Part shown: positions 53,903-64,000 of the stretch, piece after piece
Layout of the letters: the number at the start of each line of letters is the position of its first letter
How positions within the stretch are numbered: the first letter of the stretch is position 1
From: Octopus sinensis
Lineage: Eukaryota
Assembly: GCF_006345805.1 (NCBI RefSeq)
Contig: NC_043006.1
Span: 70,618,001 to 70,682,000 of the forward strand
Reading direction: 5' to 3'
DNA: 64,000 nucleotides
Notes under the pieces: generated by a model
Told to the model about the DNA's origin: nothing
What the model saw: the letters and a program-made list of their open reading frames with translations, nothing else
The model's database searches: none
Translations under genes and position numbers: made by a program

Positions 53903-54224
53903 GTTTGGCAAAAGAGACCAATAGAATAAGTACCGGATTTTTAAAAATTAAAGAAGCACTGGAGACAACTTGTGCGACTAAACAGTGCCCCAGTATGGCT
54001 GGTGTCCAGTGAATGATACATGTAAAAGTGGATCCGTCTACATATACACATAGGCTTGTCTACACATTCACACGCACACACCATCATCATCATCATCATC
54101 ATTTTTACAGCCTATTTTTTCCATTCTTGCTTGAGTTGATTGATATGTATCTATATTCAAATACATACATATATTCATGTTCATACATAGAAACTTGTGT
54201 GTATGTGTGTGTGTGTGTATGTCA

Positions 54225-54258
<34 letters not shown>

Positions 54259-57200
54259 ATGTGTATGTGTGTATATATGTATGTATGTATATGTGTGTAT
54301 ATATGTATGTATATGTGTGTATGTATGTATGTATATGTGTGTATATATGTATGTATATGTGTGTATATATGTATGTATATGTATATGTATGCATATGTAT
54401 GTATGTATGTATATATGTATGTGTATATATATGCATATATATGTATGTATGTGTATATGTATGTATTTATACACACCCTCTCTGTATCGTGGTCATATGA
54501 GAGAAACCTAAGTCGGCACCCAATCCTTATTGTGTCCCCACCACCTCCACCATTAATATACATCTTGTATGTGGTGAGTATGTGGAGGAGAGGAGGGTGG
54601 ATGGCTTATAACAATACTCTTCACCTCCTCCTCCTCCACCTTGCCTTCTCAGCTAGATTGTTCTTCAAGAGAGGTGGGGTGTGACCTCTTACAATTCCTC
54701 CCTTCACCTCTTCACCTCACCTCCTCCTAGATTGTTCCAGAAAGAGGGGGCTGTGAGACCTGGTGTCTTCATCAGATAATCTACAACAATTCATTTATTC
54801 ATCTGTATTCTTGCTTGTCTATATTTAATCTATGTAACAGTAGTAGTAATGGTGGTGGTGGTGGTGGTGGTGGCAGTTATTGTTTAGCCCTAGGTCAAAC
54901 TCTAGGGGTCTATCAGTTATTTTACCTATGGGCCCTTTAGATTATTATTTCACTCTACTGGACCCCCATAGTTGTTTGATGATTAAAAAGTCCCATTATA
55001 ATTCTTTAATTAAATATTAGTAATTGTATTAAAAAATTAAGATATTTTGTGTATTGTAGAAGTATAACCAAATTTCAACAACAAAATGTTACATGGATCC
55101 TTAAGGGTCATACAGATCCCAGTTGAGAACCACTAATTGAATGTGTCTTATGCTGTCCCACGACAGTTGTGTATAATTTGAAAGATATTTGACTGTTATT
55201 CTAGCATGTTGAGCAACTCGTGTTGCACAGGGGCCAGCTACATGTTGCTTGTGGAGCACAAGGGACCCAATAAAGTATCTGTGGGCTTAGGACCTTTTTC
55301 TCAAAATTTAATGTAGTTGTGGTTCCTTGACCAGTTGATGGCTTTTGGAGTTTTGCACTTTGATTTTAATTTATTTACATTAAAACGGGTGTGGCTGTGT
55401 GGTAAGAAGTTTGCTTCCCAACCACATGGTTCCAGGTTCAAACTCCGGCAAGAAGAGTCTTCTACTATAGCCCCAGGGTGACCAAAACCTTGCAAGTGGA
55501 TTTGACAGACAGAAATTAAGCCTGTCATACATGTATGTATCTATGTATGTTTGTGTGTTTCTTTATGTTGGTTTGTTTACATCCCCATAATTTAGTGGTT
55601 TGGCAAAAGAGACCAATAGAATAAGTACCGGATTTTTAAAAATTAAAGAAGCACTGGAGACAACTTGTGCGACTAAACAGTGCCCCAGTATGGCTGGTGT
55701 CCAGTGAATGATACATGTAAAAGTGGATCCGTCTACATATACACATAGGCTTGTCTACACATTCACACGCACACACCATCATCATCATCATCATCATTTT
55801 TACAGCCTATTTTTTCCATTCTTGCTTGAGTTGATTGATATGTATCTATATTCAAATACATACATATATTCATGTTCATACATAGAAACTTGTGTGTATG
55901 TGTGTGTGTGTGTGTATGTCAATATATATATATATATATATTATATGTATGTATATGTATATGTGTGTATATATGTATGTATGTATATGTGTGTATTATA
56001 TGTATGTATATGTGTGTATGTATGTATGTATATGTATGTATGTATGTATATGTATATGTGTGTATATATGTATGTATATGTATATGTATGCATATGTATG
56101 TATGTATGTATGTATGTATGTGTATATATATGCATATATATGTATGTATGTGTATATGTATGTATTTATACACACCCTCTCTGTATCGTGGTCATATGAG
56201 AGAACCTAAGTCGGCACCCAATCCTTATTGTGTCCCCACCACCTCCACCATTAATATACATCTTGTATGTGGTGAGTATGTGGAGGAGAGGAGGGTGGAT
56301 GGCTTATAACAATACTCTTCACCTCCTCCTCCTCCACCTTGCCTTCTCAGCTAGATTGTTCTTCAAGAGAGGTGGGGTGTGACCTCTTACAATTCCTCCC
56401 TTCACCTCTTCACCTCACCTCCTCCTAGATTGTTCCAGAAAGAGGGGGCTGTGAGACCTGGTGTCTTCATCAGATAATCTACAACAATTCATTTATTCAT
56501 CTGTATTCTTGCTTGTCTATATTTAATCTATGTAACAGTAGTAGTAATGGTGGTGGTGGTGGTGGTGGTGGTGGTGGCAGTTATTGTTTAGCCCTAGGTC
56601 AAACTCTAGGGGTCTATCAGTTATTTTACCTATGGGCCCTTTAGATTATTATTTCACTCTACTGGACCCCCATAGTTGTTTGATGATTAAAAAGTCCCAT
56701 TATAATTCTTTAATTAAATATTAGTAATTGTATTAAAAAATTAAGATATTTTGTGTATTGTAGAAGTATAACCAAATTTCAACAACAAAATGTTACATGG
56801 ATCCTTAAGGGTCATACAGATCCCAGTTGAGAACCACTAATTGAATGTGTCTTATGCTGTCCCACGACAGTTGTGTATAATTGAAAGATATTTGACTGTT
56901 ATTCTAGCATGTTGAGCAACTCGTGTTGCACAGGGGCCAGCTACATGTTGCTTGTGGAGCACAAGGGACCCAATAAAGTATCTGTGGGCTTAGGACCTTT
57001 TTCTCAAAATTTAATGTAGTTGTGGTTCCTTGACCAGTTGATGGCTTTTGGAGTTTTGCACTTTGATTTTAATTTATTTACATTAAAACGGGTGTGGCTG
57101 TGTGGTAAGAAGTTTGCTTCCCAACCACATGGTTCCAGGTTCAAACTCCGGCAAGAAGAGTCTTCTACTATAGCCCCAGGGTGACCAAAACCTTGCAAGT

Positions 57201-57300
57201 GGATTTGACAGACAGAAATTAAGCCTGTCATACATGTATGTATCTATGTATGTTTGTGTGTTTCTTTATGTTGGTTTGTTTACATCCCCATAATTTAGTG
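53903..57300. repeat. Near-identical tandem duplication (53903-55597 and 55598-57300)
   Basis: Identical unique sequence at offsets of 1695-1703 bp. Differences are mostly microsatellite or homopolymer length. Confidence 0.95.
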
Positions 57301-57856
57301 GTTTGGCAAAAAGAGACCAGTAGAATAAGTAACAGGCTTAAAGAAAGATAAGTACCAGGAGTGGGGATGCGATTAGTGCAACTAAACTCTGCAGGGTGAT
57401 GCACCAACATGGCCACAATCCCGTCACAGAAACAAGATTATAGATAAAATGAAAAAAAAAACATTAGATATATAGGAATATAGGTTCTACTGCTTATGAA
57501 CTGGGCTTCCACTCTGCGTCCCTCTCTCTCTCCCTTCTTTTCTGCCTGTGCAGGACCTTTTTACAGCTAAGTGGACTGGGCCAGTGCAAACTGAAGTGCA
57601 GTTTGTCTACACGCACTACAGTAGCAGCCTCTTAACGAGGTGTCTAAATATGGCACCCATCTAGGACATAACGACTGAAGAAGTTAATTGGATGTGAAAG
57701 TCGTGTATGTGTGTGTGTATATATATGCATGTATTTGCGTGTGCGTGTTTAGATAGTTGGTGCTGGCGGAGGAAGGCAAGGCTGTGCTATTTCTGTCTTT
57801 TTAAAAATATAAATGAAATTGTCTAAGGAATATATTTTTTTATATTTTTTTTGAAA

Positions 57857-57870
57857 GTTGCCATAGCAAC
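57857..57870. promoter_or_regulatory. RFX X-box motif
   Basis: GTTGCCATAGCAAC matches the consensus GTTNCCATRGNAAC. Confidence 0.5.
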
Positions 57871-58412
57871 ATCATCATCAATCTGATTGATGATGTATAT
57901 TCACTTATTGCTGGTTTTTAAAAAAATTACTATATTCTAACTAGCTACCTTACTACTCACTTTCTCTCAGCATTCTTATAACCTCTCTCTGTCTCTCTCT
58001 CTTACCATCTTGTATGTCTCTATCTATCTTTCTATCTATTTTCATCTCTCTCTCTATCTCTCTACCATCTCTTCTCTCATTCTCTCTATCTGTTTTTATC
58101 TCACTTTCACACACTCTCACTCACTATTAACTGTCTCTCCCTCACACTCTCTGTACTTCCTCTCTCACTCCCTTCCCTCCCCCTTTTCCCCTTCCTCTCT
58201 CTCTCTCTCTCTCTCTCTCTCAGTATTTCCTCCCCTCTCTCCCGTTCTGTATTTCCTCCTCTCTCTGTATTTCGTCCCCTTCTCTCTCACTCCCCTCTTT
58301 CTCTCCCCCTTTCTCCCCCCTCTCTCCCTCTGTTGTCCACTATCAACAGCCAGTAATCTGACACAACATCCACAGTTCTCAGTTTGCATCCATCAAAAGA
58401 ATCGAAACTGTT

Positions 58413-58426
58413 GTTTCCATGGCAAC
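58413..58426. promoter_or_regulatory. RFX X-box motif
   Basis: GTTTCCATGGCAAC matches the consensus. Confidence 0.5.
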
Positions 58427-58744
58427 CTTCAGATTCTGGCAATTCCTGCAGACCACATCATTTCTGTCTTATTTTGTTTTTAAGCCATCTTCCTCCATTA
58501 ATAGAACACAATAACAACAACAATAATAATAATGATAATAATAATTTCTGTTCTAAGCATTGTGTGTGTGTGGGTGTGAATCCAGTGGATTATTAACCTC
58601 AGTATATGACTGGTATGTTATTTTATTCCCCATAGAAGGACAAAAGACCAAGTCTAAAGATTTGAAGTTTGAATTAAAGAGATATATGTCCCAGTTTCTT
58701 TTGTTCTGAGTTCAGCTTTGCCTTTCGTCTTTACTGGGTCAATA

Positions 58745-59135
58745 AGTAGAATATGAGTATATGTTGATGGAGTGGAGAAATAGAGTACCAATGTGGAGTG
58801 ATGGGGAAGTAGAGTACAGGTGTGGAGTGATCAGGTGGAGAAATAGGGTATGAGTGTGGTGGTAGGAGAGTGGGAAAACAGAGTACGAGTGTGGAGTGGG
58901 AGAGTGGGAAAATAGAGTACGATTTAGGTGTGACATAGTGGGGAAGTAGAGTACCAATGTGTGGTGAGAAGACCAAGAAATAGAGTATGAGTGTATAGGA
59001 GTGGCAGAGAGAAATAGAGTACAAGTGTTAGGGTAGTGGAGCGGCAAAATAGAGTACCTGTGTATGGGGGCAGTGGAGAAACAGAGTACATGTGTAGGGT
59101 GATCTAGTGGAGAAATAGAGTATGAGTGTAGGGCA
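58745..59135. repeat. Diverged minisatellite, about 11 x 30-36 bp
   Basis: Core gtggagaaatagagtaY-agtgt repeated. Confidence 0.85.
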
Positions 59136-59589
59136 GAGCAGAGCAGTTTCTCCATTTCCCTGCCCTACATCATAAAAAATACCTTGTAGTATTAATTCCA
59201 GTACCTTGAGTTCAAATTTTGTTGTCTACATGGGTAAAGGAAGAGGTAGACTTAATCTGAATATACCACCGTTGGGTATCTTCAGTAGAGAACTCCATTT
59301 TGTTGCTAGCATCCAGGGTGGGGCTCCAGTTTCAGGTGGCCTTCTTCCCTCACCTTCCAACAAGTGTCAGATACCCTGTGAAAGGATATAGGCACCGCCG
59401 CTTCCTCCTGTGGTATATACTTATAGCAGCAGCAGCAGTAGTAGAAGTATCAGTAGCAGTAGCATTGTTGGCACAGCATAGATGTCTCCACCTCTATAAG
59501 ATTTCAACTCATAGCCTCACCTGTCATCTAAACACCTCAGTTATTATAGTGATGCTGGTGATGATGATAACAATGATGATAGTAATGAT

Positions 59590-60258
59590 TGTTTCAAATT
59601 TTAGCACAAAGCCAGCAATTTTAAAAGAAGAAGTTGATTACGTCCACCTCACTACTTGACTAGTACTTGTTTTATTAACCTCAAAAGGATGAAAATCAAG
59701 GTCGACTTCAGTGGTATTTGAACTAAGAGCTAGAAGAGATGCTGTTGAGCATTTTGTCTGAGGTGCTAACGATTCTGCCAGCTTACTGCTTTCATTATAG
59801 TAATAAAACTAATTTCTTATACTATGGGCAGAAGACCCTAAATTTTGTAGGAGAGTATTAGTCGATTACATTGACCCCCAGTATTTGACTGGTGCTTATT
59901 TCATTGACCCCGAAAGGATGAAAGGCAAAGTCCACCTCAACAGAACTTGAACTTACAGCCTAAAGACGAATGAAATGATGCTAAGTGTTTTGTCTGAGGT
60001 GCTAATGGTTCTGGTTAAATCGACTGGACAAATGCAAATTGAAGTGGTTAACTAATTTCAGTGCATGACCGCTGCTTTATTTTATCGACCCTACCAGTGT
60101 GTCACAGAGTTATCCGTTTACAGTGTTGTGGACTGGAGCAACACATGAAATGAAGCGGATTGCTCAAGAATACAATGCACTTCCCAGTCTAGGAATCGAA
60201 ACCACGATTTTGCAGTCATGAGTATAACGCTCTAGCCACCAGGCCACATGCCTTCTCA
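59590..60258 (-). mobile_element. Two tandem SINE B copies (59590-59792, 59815-60012) and a D-type head (60120-60258)
   Basis: Family motifs present. Confidence 0.75.
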
Positions 60259-60320
60259 TACACACACACATATGCACACATACACACATATGCACACATA
60301 CACACATATGCACACATACA

Positions 60321-60360
<40 letters not shown>

Positions 60361-60638
60361 GGTGACCTTGTTTGTCATTCCATTGTGTGGTGATGGAAGA
60401 GTGGTGACGTGTACAGACCTAAACATTTGGAAGTATGCAGTAAGTTACAAACTTTGTCTGTCACCTGTGCTTCAACAGTCATTTGAGAGGTCATGGATGG
60501 AAAGTCAGAAATGCCATTGATAACAAGGAAGCACACAAAGACAACAATCACCTGTAGAGATGGATCAATCACCACCTATACATACATATATCATCATTAT
60601 ACATACATACATTGCATTATTTATATATATAAATATAT

Positions 60639-60672
<34 letters not shown>

Positions 60673-60690
60673 ATATATATATATATATAT

Positions 60691-61259
60691 AGGCATAGGA
60701 GTGGCTGTGTGGTAAGTAGCTTGTTTACCAACCACATGCTTCCAGGTTCAGTCCCACTGTGTGGCACCTTGGGCAAGTGTGTTCTACTATAGCCTTGGGT
60801 CAACCAAAGGCTTGTGAGTGGATTTGGTAGACGGAAACTGAAAGAAGCCCATCGTATATATGTGTGTGTATATGTTTGTGTGTCTGTGTTTATGTTGCCG
60901 TAACTTATGGGTTCGGCAAAAGAGACCGATAGAATAAGTTCTAGACTTACAAATTGGGCAAGTGTCTTTTACTACAGCCTCAGGTTGACCAAAGCCTTGT
61001 GAGTGGATTTCGTAGACAGAAACTGAAAGAAGCCCGTCGTATATATGTATATATATATGTGTGTGTCTGTGTTTGCCCCCCCAACATCGCTTGACAACCA
61101 ATGCTGGTGTGTTTACGTCGCTGTAACTTAGTAGTTTGGCAAAAGAGACCGATAGAATAAGTACTAGACTTACAAAGAATAAGTCCTGAGGTTGATTTGC
61201 TCGACTAAAGGTGGTGCTCCAGCATGGCCACAGTCAAATGACTGAAACAAGTAAAAGAG

Positions 61260-61294
<35 letters not shown>

Positions 61295-61677
61295 TATATA
61301 TATACTTTATTATTAAAGCTGCAAAACATCACAAAAAACTGGTACACAGAGTTTCACATTCCCATTTGTCAGGCAGTTGTGATCCAGAATGGATAGCTTT
61401 AATAATAAAACATATTACTCCACCTCTGGCATTTGAGTATTATTTTATCTCACCTTGTTTCACACTTATGTGCTTGCTTTGGTATTGTTAAATGCTTGAA
61501 GCACGAGACTAGAAAAACAGCCAGCAACTGATGAAGGGTCGTTTTCTATGTTGCTTGTTTTGTTTTCTATTTGCGTCTTTCGTTGTTCGAAAGAATAAGT
61601 CCTGGAGTCGATTTGCTCCACTAAAGGTGGTGCTCCAGCATGGCCACAGTCAAATGACTGAAACAAGTAAAAGAGTA
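60691..61677 (+). mobile_element. Internally duplicated SINE A (60691-61262) plus a second 3' end (61591-61677)
   Basis: The segment ttgggcaagtgt...tagacttacaaa is repeated, and so is the 3' end. Confidence 0.85.
61337..61378 (-). ncRNA. Degenerate minimal hammerhead motif (second family)
   Basis: AACUGc-CUGACAA-augggaaugu-GAAAC-ucugu-GUA^cCAGUU, inside the inverted repeat ttattattaaagct / agctttaataataa. Confidence 0.5.
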
Positions 61678-61740
61678 TATATATATGTATGTATGTATGT
61701 ATATATGTATGTATGTATATATGTATATATATATATATAT

Positions 61741-61776
<36 letters not shown>

Positions 61777-62459
61777 TGCTTCCATCTCCTGAGCGCCTAT
61801 TAATAATAATACTGTAATTGTTCCTGTTGTTGTTGTTTTTTTGTTTCCCTTTTGGATTAAAATTATATATATAATATATATATATGTACCTATGTATTGG
61901 ACAAGATTACCAGCATTACCAATCAGCACTACACACCATCTTTACTACCAGCTCTACCACTATCACAACCACCACTCAACACCATATACATCAACATCAG
62001 TACCACTGTCACCACCGCCTCCACTGTATGAATGATTAAGAGTATTCTGTAATCCCCCTGTAGGTATAATAGTTACCCCTTCAAACCAATCAGTTGGTAT
62101 TCAACAGTGCAGCCGGCCTCCTGATTAGGTTGGTCAGTACACTGTAATGTTTGTGCATACGCATGTGTGTGTATGTGTGCATGCTGTTGTGGGTGCATAT
62201 ATTGTTTGTATGTATATGCACGTTTTGCGTGTATGCATGGATGTTTTGGTTGTGCTGTTTATTTCTGTTGGTATTTGTGTGTATTTCATAGTGGTGTGTG
62301 TGTGTGTGTGTGTGTGGTTTTTATCTATGTCTTAGTTTGTAAGTGTGTAGTGTGTCTTATAGTAGGATGTATGTAGTATCTATCTATGCTCTATGTTTGG
62401 CTGGTGTGTTTGCATGTGCGTGAGTTAGTGTGTATGCGTCTCTTTTAAAATCATATTTC

Positions 62460-62710
62460 TGTGTATGTTTGAAAGATGTGATTGCATGTGTGTATGTGTG
62501 TGCATTTGTGTATTCACATATCTGTGTATGTGTGCATTTGTATATGTGTATGTGTATTCACATATCTGCGTATGTGTGCATTTGTATTGTATTCCATATC
62601 TGTGTGTGTGTTTATTTGTATATGCATATGTGTATTCACATATCTGTATATGCGTATGTATATTCACATATCTTTATATGCGTATGTGTATTCACATATC
62701 TGTGTGTGTA
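62460..62710. repeat. Minisatellite tgtgtattcacatatctg-(TG/TA)
   Basis: About 6 repeats of a tattcacatatct core. Confidence 0.8.
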
Positions 62711-63176
62711 TGTGTGCATGCACACACATACATGTCCGGTCATCACTTTATGTTCTGTCAGCAACAGTGTGTAAACAAACACTCTTCTATTGTGTGTGTA
62801 TACATTACACACACGTGTTCAATAAGCAGCTATACTCTATTTGTAACAATGTATATCATAACAATATATATAACAATTGTGTGTACATGTGTGTGTATGT
62901 GCATATATATATATATACATACACACACACACACATGTGATCAGTTGTTTTTTCACATTTATCCAAAATACAAGCCAAACACCACACATACACACATCTC
63001 CCCCCCCCCTCGTACACTACTTCACCTAACAACCTCCACCCGCACACCTCACCAAACCATTCTTGGAAATGTTCCAAGTTGTATTTTCATTACTTTCAAT
63101 GGTTTCCACTTATATGCTCGTGTCTGTGTGTCCGGCAGGCTTGTGTGTGTCCAAGCAACCACTATGTATGTATGTA

Positions 63177-63211
<35 letters not shown>

Positions 63212-63763
63212 CTGTGTCTGTGTGTGGTGTGTCTAACTATATGTGTATGAGTGTTTGCAGGCTTACATGTGTCTGCGTGTATATGTGTGTGTATGCGTAT
63301 ACACAAATACTGAAAGGTCTCCAATATTCATTCAGAAGACGTGTATGTGTATTTGTCTTTGTGTATATGTATTTGCATATCTGTGTGTGTGTGTGTGTGT
63401 GTGTTCTCTTCTCCCTTCCTCTCTACATTTTTAAAAACTCATTACAGCCTCAACTGACCAAAATATAATGGACAAGAACTAATTGATGTCCAAGTTGCTT
63501 TATCAGACCACTCTCCCTGCTCCACCTCCCTCATTCTTTTACCCTCTCGTTCTCTCTCGCCCCTCCCACCTCAGTCTTTCACCTAATTCACACTAAATTC
63601 CCTCCTCCCACTCTTTCTTTTGAACCCACTGACCAAGTTAAGCACAAGGCCAACAACAGTTGCACGGAGCAAGTTATGTCATGTAACCAGCGTCCTTGAG
63701 ACAGCTGACACTTCCAGCTTGCAGTGACCTTCCTGCCTAATACCTTTCCATGTTCTTCTAGCA

Positions 63764-64000
63764 CAGTGGTTCTCAATCAGGGTCCCTGTGACCCTTGCGG
63801 GGATCCATTCAAGATTTAGTTATTACAATTTATGAACAATCGACTGGTTTATACTTCTACAATGGCGCAAGAGTGGCTGTGTGGTAAGTAGCTTGCTTAC
63901 CAACTACACAGTTCCAAGTTCAGTCCCACTGCGCGGCACCTTGGGCAAGTGTCTTCTACTATAGCCACAGGCCGACCAAAGCCTTGTGAGTGGATTTGGT
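63764..64000 (+). mobile_element. hAT/Charlie MITE end (63764-63863) interrupted by a SINE A running off the window
   Basis: cagtggttctcaat terminus, then ggcgcaagagtggctgtgtggtaag from 63864. Confidence 0.8.

Noticed and set aside
58745-59135. Repeat-spacer-like array resembling CRISPR
   Set aside because: The context is eukaryotic, the cores are degenerate, the linkers are short and mutually similar, and there are no cas genes. It is an ordinary minisatellite.

Overview
AT-rich, microsatellite-saturated animal DNA. Its interspersed repeats resemble those I recall from Octopus genomes, so a coleoid cephalopod origin is inferred, not proven. No intact host protein-coding gene is recognisable, and almost all ORF-track entries are translated (TA)n, (CA)n or (CAC)n microsatellites. 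The window is intronic or intergenic. It holds many copies of several tRNA-derived SINE families (working labels A, B, D, S), many 3' ends of an RTE-clade LINE, and decayed CR1/Jockey-like, HERO-like and R4/Dong-like LINE fragments. DNA transposons include one full-length but dead DD34D mariner, an older mariner relic, a hAT (Charlie/Buster) transposase relic and many MITEs, often nested with readable target-site duplications (TSDs). The most interesting signals are: (1) small dispersed fold-back elements carrying minimal hammerhead-ribozyme cores, plus a tRNA-headed SINE with a hammerhead-like tail; (2) a near-identical 1.7-kb tandem duplication whose junction is a chimeric SINE; (3) two consensus RFX X-boxes about 560 bp apart; (4) CpG-retaining zones with candidate minus-strand exons.
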